A DNA stretch of 63,808 nucleotides, the filler included, from Octopus bimaculoides (taxonomy: Eukaryota): assembly GCF_001194135.2 (NCBI RefSeq). It is 7 parts of 7 records of this genome, joined end to end, with 100 filler letters (N's around TTAATTAATTAA, not from the genome) between each part and the next. Parts side by side here need not be neighbours in the genome. Positions count along the whole stretch, not along the records: positions 1 to 28,072 come from NC_068987.1; 6 more parts are not named here. One strand, given 5' to 3'. Under the pieces are notes generated by a model that ran no database searches, had not been told where the DNA came from, and worked only from the letters and a program-made list of their open reading frames with translations. Position numbers and translations under genes: made by a program. Below are positions 13,121 through 25,044 of this stretch, piece by piece (position 1 is the stretch's first letter; every line of letters starts with the position of its first letter).

Positions 13121-13558
13121 ATATTCTTTTCTACTCTGAGCACAAGGCCCGAAATTTTGGGGGCAGTTGGCCAGTCGATGAGATCGACCCAAGTACGCAA
13201 CTAGTACTTAATTTATCCACTCCGGAAGGATGAAAGGCAAAGTCAACCTCGGCAGAATTTGAACTCAGAACGTAAAGATAGACGAAATACCGCTAAGTAT
13301 TTCACCCGGCGTGCTAACGTTTCTTATTTCTTTATTGCCCACAAGGGGCTAAACATAGAGGGGACACACAAGGACAGATAAAGGGATTAAGTCGATTACA
13401 TCGACCCCAGTATGGAACTAGTACTTAATTTATCGACTCCGAAAAGATGAAAGGCAATGTCGCCCGCAGCGGAATTTGAACTCAGAACGTTGCGGCAGAC
13501 GAAATACCGCTAAGAATTTCGCCCGGCGTGCTAACGTTTCTGCCAGCTCGCCGCCTTA
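13121..13558 (-). mobile_element. SINE family B dimer (two related monomers, head to tail)
   Basis: Element sense starts ttaaggcggcgagctggcagaaacgttagc (A-box-like) with B-box-like gagttcaaattcc; the left tail ...gggcaataaagaaataagaa is fused to acgttagcacgccggg of a second monomer at ~13320. Confidence 0.9.
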
Positions 13559-13734
13559 AGACAAATGAATATTGAAAGATTTACAATTGGGACTTGAACG
13601 TGACACAATTGGTTTGATTTCCTAAGCTAGACCTGTCATCAAGAGAGTTCTTGCTATGACTAGCCTGTCATTTTTTGACAAAGGGTAATGAAGAACTGTA
13701 TTATCAAAAACGTATTATCAAAAACTGTATTATC

Positions 13735-13963
13735 AAAATCCTCCCCATATCGCGGTTCACCTATCGCGGTTAATTATTTAAGCTTACGTCGATTCCTCCT
13801 TGGTGTTGTTCTGCATTTATAATAATATATATATATATATATATACAAATTAAACAAATAAAAAAACATGTATACAGATCAATGTTGTTTCTACTTCGCG
13901 GATTTTCAGCTATTGCGAAAGTTTTTTGAACGTAACACTCGTAATGGTCGAGGAAGCAGTGTA
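13735..13963. mobile_element. pogo/Tigger-like MITE remnant
   Basis: Left tatcgcggttcacctatcgcgg; right ttcgcggattttcagctattgcg...gaacgtaacactcgtaatggtcgaggaagcagtgta, ending in TA. Confidence 0.55.
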
Positions 13964-14509
13964 ATTGCAGTTCTTTCAGCGAGAAGACCCGTGACCCATT
14001 GTTTATGGTGATGCATTCACAATAGTAATTCTGCGGTGGTATGGCGTATTATCCAGGGAGTGGAAGATGTTTTCATTTCGGCCATTTATATGCCTTAGAA
14101 ACCGGGTCAACGGCCTAATGAGTCCTAGTACTTCAGACAGTAATGATGATGATGATGATGATGATGACACCGACGAGGACGATAACGATCATGACGACGG
14201 CGACGACGACGACGACGATGATGATGATGGTGATCATGATGATGATGATGGATTTTAGTGTAATTCGCTGCCACGTCTAACAACCACAAATTTGATTCCA
14301 AAATATGTGAAATAGATTTCTACTTACTAATAATTTCGGAGATGATTTGGTCGCTTACATCCTTTCATTTCCGAAAAGAAAGTGACATCGAAGTTATTTT
14401 GTCTCACAGTACTATATATTATTTTAACCCCTAAGACACCTAGCAAAGCCAAAAAAAAATGAATAAAAAAATTTAGGAGTTAATGACTTAATGTTATTTA
14501 TATTTCCTA

Positions 14510-15125
14510 GACGGTGAGCTGGAAGAATCGTCAGCACGCCGGGCAAAACGCTGAGCACATTTTATCTTTCTTTACATTCTGAGTTCAAATTCTGCATAGG
14601 TCAACCTTACCTTCTCTTTTGGGGTCGATTAAACAAGTTAAGCGCTGAGGTTTATGTAATTGTCTTGTACGTAGGACTGGCTGTGTGGTAAGTAGCTTGC
14701 TTACGAACCACATGGTTCCGGGTTCAGTTCCACTGCGTGGCACTTTGGGCAAGTGTCTTTTGCTAAATTTTCGGGCCGACCAAAGACTTGTGAGTGGATT
14801 TTGTAGACGGACACTGAAAGAAGCCCGTCGTATATATGTATATGTATATATATGCATTTGTGTGTATATGTTTGTGTGTCTGTGTTTTTTTCCCAACATC
14901 ACTTGACGGCCGATGGTGGTGTGTTTATGTCCCCGTAACTTTGCGGTTCGGCAAAAAGAGACCTATAGAATAAGTACTAGGCTTACAAATAATAAGTCCT
15001 GGGGGTCGATTTACTCAACTAAAGGCGGTGCTCCAGCATGGCTACAGTCAAATGACTGAAACAAGTAAAAGAGTACCTTTTCCGAAATTAGCTGGCCTGG
15101 TGCTGAAATTTGAAACCGATATTAT
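14510..15125 (+). mobile_element. Old SINE family B copy interrupted by a family A insertion
   Basis: B head and body 14510-14670; the B tail (cctttccgaaattagctggcctggtgctgaaatttgaaacc) resumes at ~15072; gtac flanks both sides of the insert. Confidence 0.75.
14672..15071 (+). mobile_element. SINE family A, full length, nested in a family B copy
   Basis: Complete head, internal TA/TG tract and 3' module ending tgactgaaacaagtaaaaga. Confidence 0.9.
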
Positions 15126-15134
15126 TTCATTTTA

Positions 15135-15330
15135 TAAGGCAGTGAGTTGGCAGAATCGTTGGCAATATGCTTAACAGCATTTCGTCCACCTTTACGTTCT
15201 GAGTCGACGTTGTCTTTCATTCTTTCGGAGTCGATAAAATAAGTGCCAGCGGATGAGTACTAGGGTCCATATACTCGAACGACAGACCCCTGAAGTTAGT
15301 GGCTTTGTGTCAAAATTTCAAACGAATATT
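15135..15330 (+). mobile_element. SINE family B monomer with internal deletions
   Basis: aaggcagtgagttggcagaatcgtt...tttacgttctgagt...ttcattctttcggagtcgataaaataagtgccag. Confidence 0.75.
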
Positions 15331-16074
15331 GTTTCCTTTTATACTGTATATAAAACGCTCTATCTTTTTTTTTTTTGTTTCTCAAAAAAAGACCTACGCG
15401 TGAAGTCTGAGCCTTCTATAAACTCTAAAGCACTAAAAACTTCTATTTCGTTAGTAAACACTTCTGTGTCTTCTATGTATTTCATACTGCCAAATACAGT
15501 AATTTATTTTCCAATAATATGAACTGTGATTCGTAATAAAATGACGAGGGTGACATTGTTACTATCAAGAACAAAAAGCAGCTCGCTAGCAGTTCTAGAA
15601 GTTAACCTATAGATTTATTCTCCACTTATTTACTTCATCAGCATAACACTTTACCTCTCTTGATATTCCTTAGAGTATTAAACCGGCAATAAAAGCTTAA
15701 ACTTAATGGCATTTAACTTTACCGAAAATCGCTGTTTGTTTAAATAATATTATTTTTACTTCCCTTGATGTTTAGCTTCAAATTGCAATGAATATAATGA
15801 TGGACGCTTTTAAACAAATGATTACAATGCAAAATTGAAGCCAAAATTAGACACATTAAGTGACATCAACATACACTAAATAGTTGATGGTAAAAACGAT
15901 AAAGAAAAACAACTGATGAGAATAAACTGAATGGAAGTTAGATCTAATTTGAGGACATGTTATATCGAAGCTATTATAAAGCGAATTAAAATTAGCAATG
16001 AACAAATAGGAAAACTGCTATTGTAAATAAATTTCTGTTCTGATGTGGAATTGACTTTAATAGACATACATACG

Positions 16075-16290
16075 ATCTTTTTCTCATTTACTTAAATCAG
16101 TCGTCAGACTGAGGCAGTGCTAGGGCATCACCTTGAAGAATTTTATTCGAAAGAATCGACCCCGGTATGATTTTTTTGAGTCTAGTGATTATTGTTTCGG
16201 TCTTTTTTGATAAACCGAAATGTTATAGTGGCGTAAACACACCAGCTTGGGTTGCCAAGCGATAGTAGAGGACAAACACAGACACAACGA
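16075..16290 (-). mobile_element. SINE family A, decayed 3' half
   Basis: Reverse complement of the A 3' module (gaatcgaccccgg, gcgtaaacacaccagc, ggacaaacacagacac). Confidence 0.7.
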
Positions 16291-16419
16291 CGCACGGACA
16301 CACACGCGGTCGCGCGCGCACATACACAAAATCAATTAAAAAACACAGAGAAAAAGAAAGTAACAGACGTTTGGAGGTGGCACAAGCAATGTATTAATAA
16401 GACGCTCAGAGAAAGAGAA

Positions 16420-16460
16420 GGGTAGAAGTTTTACTTTTCGAGCATAGCTCTTCTTCGGAA
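16420..16460 (-). ncRNA. Mini-hammerhead-like motif with U4C core (CCGAAGA); no visible stem I
   Basis: Minus: CCGAAGA-A-GAGC-tat-GCTC-GAAA-AGT-aaa-ACT-TC; stems II and III pair perfectly. Confidence 0.5.
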
Positions 16461-16845
16461 AAAGGAAGAAACAGTATAGTATAAGATGAAGGTGGAAATG
16501 AAACCACTAACAATCACGTGCAGTTACATCTTTGAAGCAAGTGGTCGTAATTTGGAACGAAGAGAAAATGCTTTCTGGAACAGGAAAGCGCGAGAATGGT
16601 CAGTATCCGTGTGCGTATGCGCGCACATTTGTGTGTAGTAGCGTGTGGTGTGTGTGTGTGTGTATATATATATATGTATATATATATATATACAAAAACA
16701 ATAAATTAAAATATCATCATTTCTAAAAATAGATTTGACATCAATTCTAAAAATAGCCAAACACCTACTGCTATTGTCCAAAGGAATTGGTATAAAAGAC
16801 AGAAAACCAGCCAACTTATTACAGTCTGTTAAAGTCTGTCATACC

Positions 16846-16885
16846 GGCCATGACGAAGGGAAATAGCCCTGAAACTCGAGTCGCC
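16846..16885 (+). ncRNA. Type I mini-hammerhead (PLE-type) with one extra A in the core
   Basis: GGC-C(A)TGACGA-AGGG-aaatag-CCCT-GAAA-C-TCGA-G-TC-GCC: 3-bp stem I, 4-bp stem II, palindromic stem III, GUC site at 16882. Confidence 0.65.
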
Positions 16886-17893
16886 TTTATATATTTATAT
16901 TTATATTTATATTTATATATTTAATCCTTTATATTGAACACTCAATATTTCATCTACATTCAATACTCTATTTCATGGTGCCATCCATTTTTATTTTAAT
17001 TTATTTTATATTATATATTGTATATTATGTTATATATTGTATATTCNNNNNNNNNNNNNNNNNNNNNNNNNNNNNNNNNNNNNNNNNNNNNNNNNNNNNN
17101 NNNNNNNNNNNNNNNNNNNNNNNNNNNNNNNNNNNNNNNNNNNNNNNNNNNNNNNNNNNNNNNNNNNNNNNNNNNNNNNNNNNNNNNNNNNNNNNNNNNN
17201 NNNNNNNNNNNNNNNNNNNNNNNNNNNNNNNNNNNNNNNNNNNNNNNNNNNNNNNNNNNNNNNNNNNNNNNNNNNNNNNNNNNNNNNNNNNNNNNNNNNN
17301 NNNNNNNNNNNNNNNNNNNNNNNNNNNNNNNNNNNNNNNNNNNNNNNNNNNNNNNNNNNNNNNNNNNNNNNNNNNNNNNNNNNNNNNNNNNNNNNNNNNN
17401 NNNNNNNNNNNNNNNNNNNNNNNNNNNNNNNNNNNNNNNNNNNNNNNNNNNNNNNNNNNNNNNNNNNNNNNNNNNNNNNNNNNNNNNNNNNNNNNNNNNN
17501 NNNNNNNNNNNNNNNNNNNNNNNNNNNNNNNNNNNNNNNNNNNNNNNNNNNNNNNNNNNNNNNNNNNNNNNNNNNNNNNNNNNNNNNNNNNNNNNNNNNN
17601 NNNNNNNNNNNNNNNNNNNNNNNNNNNNNNNNNNNNNNNNNNNNNNNNNNNNNNNNNNNNNNNNNNNNNNNNNNNNNNNNNNNNNNNNNNNNNNNNNNNN
17701 NNNNNNNNNNNNNNNNNNNNNNNNNNNNNNNNNNNNNNNNNNNNNNNNNNNNNNNNNNNNNNNNNNNNNNNNNNNNNNNNNNNNNNNNNNNNNNNNNNNN
17801 NNNNNNNNNNNNNNNNNNNNNNNNNNNNNNNNNNNNNNNNNNNNNNNNNNNNNNNNNNNNNNNNNNNNNNNNNNNNNNNNNNNNNNNNNNNNN

Positions 17894-17925
<32 letters not shown>

Positions 17926-18231
17926 TACTATATGCCTGTGTATATACGAATGTGTATATTTGTGCGTATGTGTAAACGTGTATGTGAGCGTGTGTTCGTG
18001 GTAGTGTGTGTATGTGTGTGCGTGTGTGTGTCTGTATACAGGAGGTAGGAAATATCTCTCCAGGCTGCAAGTATTGTTGACGGAGACTTTTTCAAGAGTA
18101 ATTGCTTCAATTCGCTCCCACAAGCACATATAATTATGAAAATATATATACACAGACAGACAGACACACAGACACACACAGACAAGCACAGAGACAGACA
18201 CACAGACAAACACAGAGACAGACACACAGAT

Positions 18232-18328
<97 letters not shown>

Positions 18329-18339
18329 TGCGCGTCATG

Positions 18340-18510
18340 ATGTGTATGTTTGACACCACTTACCCGCTTGACAAACGGTGATGATTCGTTTACGTCCACG
18401 TAATTTAACGATTTAACGAATTGCACTGTCAAATTAAGTAAAATAAATGGGTTCCATATGTTCAAGGTAGTGTTCCAGCATGGCCACAATCTACTGACTG
18501 AAATTGAAAT
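18340..18510 (+). mobile_element. SINE family A 3' half
   Basis: cttgacaaacggtgatgattcgtttacgtccacgtaattta...gtgttccagcatggccacaatc..tgactgaaa. Confidence 0.7.
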
Positions 18511-18599
18511 CAGTAAAGATTAGACTCAAAGGTTACAGGTTTCATCGAAATATATTAGAATTTACAAAAGCTGCATATATGAAACTTTTATATATATAT

Positions 18600-18800
18600 A
18601 TTACCTTTTACTTGCTACAGGCATTTGACTCTGAAAGGGTTGTTAGTCGAACAAATCGACCCTAGAAGTTATATATTTTTTACTTTGAGCCTGGTACTGG
18701 TACTTTTTCTATCGATCTATTTTGCCGAACTGCTAATTTGTGATGACGTAAGCACACCAATACCAGTTGTCAAGCGGTGTTAGAGGAGAAAATACACACA
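18600..18800 (-). mobile_element. SINE family A 3' half, inverted relative to the 18340 copy
   Basis: ttttacttg..acaggcatttgact...gtcgaacaaatcgaccctag...ttgccgaactgctaa...gacgtaagcacaccaataccagttgtcaagcg. Confidence 0.75.
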
Positions 18801-19074
18801 TGGATATATATACATACACATACATAAATTCATGCATGTATGTGTACATATATATACATATATAGGTTAGAGACAGGTATAATTCTATGTATAATGTACT
18901 TCGAATTGCTCAAGAGATTTGAATGAACTTGAGCCGGTAGATAAGTAAATGCTATGACAAGCAAGTTAGCAAAGTCGATTTACACAGAATAATAAATACA
19001 TTTAATAGAAATAATGTGCGAGTGTATGGGTATAAAATAGTCCAACTTACAGGAGTTAAATGGGTTGAGTTTCA

Positions 19075-19540
19075 CGAGTACAACAGCTGTTTCTGGGTGC
19101 TTCGTGGTCCGGAATAATGATAGTTACTTAGACCCATTATCGGATAACACCGCCTCCTTCGTCAGGGGAGAATTTTACTTAGGCGAATTTTACATTTGAT
19201 GTGTTGACAGGGTGAAGTTTGAAGATGGAATTATTTCGTGGAGAACTACGTGTGTTAGGAAGGGGAGTTGGGCTTTTAGATAGAGAGAGGTGGGAGGAGA
19301 ATTCGTGATTAAGGATTACAATGAGGTTAATGATAAAAGTAGAGGTGGAAGGTGGTTTAGATAGTATGTGACTGATGAACTTTGTCATAGTTTGTATGAG
19401 GTCTAGAGTGTTAAAGATTGATATAATGAAAAGGGCTTGCTATTAATTCGGGGAAATGAGTTGACTGGTTCAGTAGCTAAGGGGGGTGGATAAGGAAGTG
19501 GTAAAAAGTAGTTGTTAGTGAAACAAAGGAATTGGGCTGG
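19075..19540 (-). mobile_element. Decayed retroelement 3' end followed by a hammerhead-like motif
   Basis: Strand-biased coding-like remnant (ORFs 19179-19388 and 19403-19615), then minus CTGACGA (19165-19159) AGG...GAAA CAGCTG TT (19093-19082). Confidence 0.45.
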
Positions 19541-19624
19541 TACTGGAGCTGGCGTGTTTTGGTTTATATATATACGACAGGCTTCTTTCAGTTTCCGTCT
19601 ACCAAGTCCAATCACATTTGTCGA

Positions 19625-20040
19625 AGTATATGTACTTCAGGCAGAGTGGTTGGTGACTTTCACATCTGTGCCCCACATATAGTAATCTACTGTGTAATTC
19701 GGCGGCCAGATATTGGTGCCAGTGAATCTAATAACAACTTTGGATTCTTTCCAGAGCTATGGCAAGGAGTCGAATCCTGCTAAAACACAAATGTCTTTCA
19801 AGCTGTGACCCTCTCCAGTCTCCAACAGTTTCCATAAGGCCGCCTGAATCGAGCCTAAGACCCTAGTTAAAGACGTCGTAATAAATTCTGGCCTGCGGAT
19901 ACAGAACACTTTCCGTGTCTCCTCCTGGTTCTCATGGAATCGGACATTGCGATGCAGCTCTTCCACTATTTACAGTGAACAGCAGTCATGGTGTCGGCAT
20001 TTCGGTACCCGACGCGAATCATCATGATACAGGTGATTCT
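19625..20040 (-). mobile_element. Internally deleted Tc1/mariner-superfamily transposase remnant
   Basis: Minus-strand pieces IMMIRVGYRNAD, EELHR...IRRPEFI, GLRLDS, VF*QDSTPCHS and NIWPPNYTVDYYMWG (decayed WPPNSPDLNPLDYYVWG). Confidence 0.75.
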
Positions 20041-20494
20041 TATCCAATAGCAATGCTCTCAATACATCAAGATATTCCTGAAAAAGAAGACATAAATAAA
20101 ATCTTTAAGTTTAGCCCTAAGCCCCTTTACATACACACACAAACATAGAGAGAGAAAGACAGAATTACACATATTTATACACACACACACACACATATAC
20201 ATACATTTATACACACACACAAACATATATACGTATATATATATATACNNNNNNNNNNNNNNNNNNNNNNNNNNNNNNNNNNNNNNNNNNNNNNNNNNNN
20301 NNNNNNNNNNNNNNNNNNNNNNNNNNNNNNNNNNNNNNNNNNNNNNNNNNNNNNNNNNNNNNNNNNNNNNNNNNNNNNNNNNNNNNNNNNNNNNNNNNNN
20401 NNNNNNNNNNNNNNNNNNNNNNNNNNNNNNNNNNNNNNNNNNNNNNNNNNNNNNNNNNNNNNNNNNNNNNNNNNNNNNNNNNNNNNNNNNNNNN

Positions 20495-20544
<50 letters not shown>

Positions 20545-20922
20545 AGAATTAATATAATATTGTAAATGCATAAAAACGCGATCTATATCTCATTTTCCTT
20601 TAACTTTTCTAATTAATATCCTATATATCCAATATACCAAAATATTCGTTTTTAGATAAAATTTGTTTATGGTGTTATCTTAGAGAAGATAAATGTAGAT
20701 TTTAGTTTATTTTAGATGAGTGGTACTTCCTACTTAGCTTTTCTACATTTATATTCGTATGATATACATTAGAATTTCAAAACATTTGAAGTCCACAACA
20801 CATATAAATTCCTTGAAATGAGATTCAGTTTACACATTTTGGTTTTCTGTATATATGAAATAAGTGTAAACATATACCCTCCGATTTACATCTATATGTG
20901 TTTGGGTGTGTGTATACAAGCA

Positions 20923-20985
<63 letters not shown>

Positions 20986-20995
20986 NNNNNNNNNN

Positions 20996-21040
<45 letters not shown>

Positions 21041-21224
21041 CATACATATATATATACATATATAACATATATATACATATATCTACATATATATATAGGT
21101 ATGTATTTATATATATGCATGTACATATATACGTATAAATGGTTATGCATATGCAACGTATACATATTATTTGTGCGTGTATATATGTGTATGTATGTAA
21201 GTGTGTGTGTGTGTGTGTGTGTGT

Positions 21225-21278
<54 letters not shown>

Positions 21279-22394
21279 GGATATGTGGAAGCAACTTGTT
21301 TCGTATATGTTCGTAATTATGTGTTGAAGGCTTTTTGAAGCATTTGAAATGCAGCCGAATAGAAAACTGTTTCACTAATCGAAAACTTTTGGGGAAAAAA
21401 ATAACAAACAAACAAAAAAAACTCTTTCCCTTCAGCGTTCGTTAGCGTAATAAAGTAGAAGAGACACTAANNNNNNNNNNNNNNNNNNNNNNNNNNNNNN
21501 NNNNNNNNNNNNNNNNNNNNNNNNNNNNNNNNNNNNNNNNNNNNNNNNNNNNNNNNNNNNNNNNNNNNNNNNNNNNNNNNNNNNNNNNNNNNNNNNNNNN
21601 NNNNNNNNNNNNNNNNNNNNNNNNNNNNNNNNNNNNNNNNNNNNNNNNNNNNNNNNNNNNNNNNNNNNNNNNNNNNNNNNNNNNNNNNNNNNNNNNNNNN
21701 NNNNNNNNNNNNNNNNNNNNNNNNNNNNNNNNNNNNNNNNNNNNNNNNNNNNNNNNNNNNNNNNNNNNNNNNNNNNNNNNNNNNNNNNNNNNNNNNNNNN
21801 NNNNNNNNNNNNNNNNNNNNNNNNNNNNNNNNNNNNNNNNNNNNNNNNNNNNNNNNNNNNNNNNNNNNNNNNNNNNNNNNNNNNNNNNNNNNNNNNNNNN
21901 NNNNNNNNNNNNNNNNNNNNNNNNNNNNNNNNNNNNNNNNNNNNNNNNNNNNNNNNNNNNNNNNNNNNNNNNNNNNNNNNNNNNNNNNNNNNNNNNNNNN
22001 NNNNNNNNNNNNNNNNNNNNNNNNNNNNNNNNNNNNNNNNNNNNNNNNNNNNNNNNNNNNNNNNNNNNNNNNNNNNNNNNNNNNNNNNNNNNNNNNNNNN
22101 NNNNNNNNNNNNNNNNNNNNNNNNNNNNNNNNNNNNNNNNNNNNNNNNNNNNNNNNNNNNNNNNNNNNNNNNNNNNNNNNNNNNNNNNNNNNNNNNNNNN
22201 NNNNNNNNNNNATATATATATATATAAGGAGTATTATGTTTGTTGTATTCATCAAACTATTTTAAAACTTATGGAAATCAATACAGGGATGGAGCTTATG
22301 TATCTTCGTATATAAACTACTGTGAGTTCTATCCTGTTGGCTACCATTGCTTTCACGATCTCGCTCTCCATGCTGTACTTCATAGCATGGCAAG

Positions 22395-22530
22395 GAGTTT
22401 GTTTCCCAAAGACATGGTTCCGGGTTCACTCCCACTGCTAACACCTTAGGCAAGTGTCTTCTTTTCCAACCTTAAGTAGACCAAAGGCGTGTGAGATAAT
22501 TTGGTAGACGGAAAGTAGACATCATCTGTG
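22395..22530 (+). mobile_element. SINE family A 5' head
   Basis: acatggttccgggttcactcccactg...accttaggcaagtgtcttc...ttggtagacggaaag. Confidence 0.75.
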
Positions 22531-22544
22531 TGTGAGTTTGTGTG

Positions 22545-22620
<76 letters not shown>

Positions 22621-22783
22621 CATAGTGCTCATGGGAACTGCCCATATCCTACGTAAAATACTGTCTATGTAATCTCAAATTTTAAAACAAACACATAATT
22701 TACTTATGGTTTCTTAAACATTTTCTAGAACAACACTATGTACAAATCCAAATACATGGTACCCTAGGCATAACACCTACATG
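22621..22783 (+). mobile_element. 3' end of an RLE-type (R4/Dong/NeSL-like) LINE
   Basis: IVLMGTAHILRKILSM* directly after an (AAT)n array; resembles the recalled LLGTAxILRxVL C-terminal motif. Confidence 0.6.
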
Positions 22784-23291
22784 NNNNNNNNNNNNNNNNN
22801 NNNNNNNNNNNNNNNNNNNNNNNNNNNNNNNNNNNNNNNNNNNNNNNNNNNNNNNNNNNNNNNNNNNNNNNNNNNNNNNNNNNNNNNNNNNNNNNNNNNN
22901 NNNNNNNNNNNNNNNNNNNNNNNNNNNNNNNNNNNNNNNNNNNNNNNNNNNNNNNNNNNNNNNNNNNNNNNNNNNNNNNNNNNNNNNNNNNNNNNNNNNN
23001 NNNNNNNNNNNNNNNNNNNNNNNNNNNNNNNNNNNNNNNNNNNNNNNNNNNNNNNNNNNNNNNNNNNNNNNNNNNNNNNNNNNNNNNNNNNNNNNNNNNN
23101 NNNNNNNNNNNNNNNNNNNNNNNNNNNNNNNNNNNNNNNNNNNNNNNNNNNNNNNNNNNNNNNNNNNNNNNNNNNNNNNNNNNNNNNNNNNNNNNNNNNN
23201 NNNNNNNNNNNNNNNNNNNNNNNNNNNNNNNNNNNNNNNNNNNNNNNNNNNNNNNNNNNNNNNNNNNNNNNNNNNNNNNNNNNNNNNNNNN

Positions 23292-23780
23292 TATATGGTA
23301 TATATAATTCGCTGTATGTGTGTGTATAATGACTAACGCATACATTTCCACAATTCTCAACCGATTTTCCCCGAACTTTAAGCATGCATTACTTATATCC
23401 CGAGGGTGGTCATTCACTATAAGATTTTGCTCAGAGTTCCTGCGTAAATGGTTGTAAATGGACATGGTTGTTTTGTATGTACGTTTTTCCATATATTTTA
23501 TTCTTTTCATAAAAGAGAATGGATTTTGTCTATTTACTTATTTCCCCTATCCACGTATATAAATTAGTATGTATGTGTATAATGACTAACGCATACATTT
23601 CCACAGTTCGCAACCACTTTCCACCAAACTTTACATACACATTCCTTATGTACCAACAATGGTCATGCATTACAACGTTTTGTCCAAAGCTCCTGCGTAA
23701 TAGGACGTAAATGGACATAATTTCTTTTATGTAGGGTTTTCCATACTTTTTTAATCTTTTTGTAAAACTGAACGGATTTT
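23292..23780. repeat. Diverged tandem duplication, period about 240 bp
   Basis: gtgtataatgactaacgcatacatttccaca, ctcctgcgtaa..g..gtaaatggacat and ggattttgtctattta each occur twice in the same order. Confidence 0.8.
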
Positions 23781-24660
23781 GTCTATTTATGTCCGCAACG
23801 GTGATTCAAATGACTAGGAACACTGTACACGAGGAATATCCAATACCAACCTATCTTAATCTAAATATCTAAACGGCATTAAATCTTGCCTAACTTAACT
23901 TTACCTATTCTGAGTTACTTGAAAGGTGATTCTCCCTTCCCTCCCTTATATCTGTTGATACATTTGTTCACCTTGGATGCCATTGTTTCACTTCAAGGAT
24001 GCTTATTTACCCATCCATTATGATATTTCGACTCTTGTCCATTGCTTCAAATACGTTTTAGCATTATCGTTCTAGCCTTTTTTAAACAATCAGATATGAT
24101 TCGTCCCAAAGAATCAGCCTTTAAATAGGAGTGTTGCTTCCATTAGCCAAAGCTATACGTATCTTTCAGAATGCTCCATACCAAATTAACTTTATAGGGT
24201 ATTTCCTGTTAGCCTGTGCGCAGGCTATGTGGGAAGACAGAATAAAGGGGCTTTTGTTAGCTTATCTCTCCTAAAGATAGCTTCCTTTGCTGTTGAATAA
24301 AATAAACTCGCAGAGAGGAAGTTTCAACGTCTTCCTACAGTTTCCTCACACCATTTATGTGGCTCTTTCTGACATGAAATTTCACTTTCGTGTAAAACAA
24401 CTATATAGTAATTCGTGATCTACTCCCCAAACATTTCAGTAGCTTTACTTTTCATCGCTTGCAAACTTATATGTACTATGATCGTTAAAGTGCAACGACC
24501 TCCACAATAACTAGCTTTCAATTTCATTTTCCGTTCCTAGGTTAATCGGAAACATTGATTGCTGTGCTACTCATAAAGCTTCTCGATAGTTCAATTATTT
24601 AGTGAAAAGAATACCAACAAAGAAACTTAAACCATTCAAAAGACGGGTGCGTTTGCTAGC

Positions 24661-24745
<85 letters not shown>

Positions 24746-24844
24746 GTGCGTGCGCGCGCGTATGGGTGGGTGTGTTAGTGCGTGCATTTGATACTGAAAT
24801 AATCCTTTTATAATCCTATTATAGGTACAAAGCTTAAATCTTTG

Positions 24845-25012
24845 AGGGACTGGGTAAGACCCCAATTTTTCACTGGTACTTAATTTATAGAGCCGGAAAG
24901 GATGATAAGCAAAGTCGACTTCACTGGGACTTGAACTCAGGACGTAAAGACAGGCAAAATAACACTAAGCTTTTTTTCCGGTGTGCTAACAATTCTGCCA
25001 GCTTGCTGCCTT
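24845..25012 (-). mobile_element. SINE family B monomer
   Basis: ctggtacttaatttatag...aaagtcgac...ttgaactcaggacgtaaagacag...ctgccagcttgctgcctt. Confidence 0.8.
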
Positions 25013-25044
25013 TCTTTTTTTTTTTTTTGATAGCTGAAATAATG

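Noticed and set aside
19970-20077. Apparent terminal exon (good acceptor) encoding EYLDVLRALLL...HDCCSL*, a CaaX-like end
   Set aside because: It overlaps the N-terminus of a decayed Tc1/mariner transposase in another frame and continues into transposase motifs; probably chance, though RNA-seq could overturn this.
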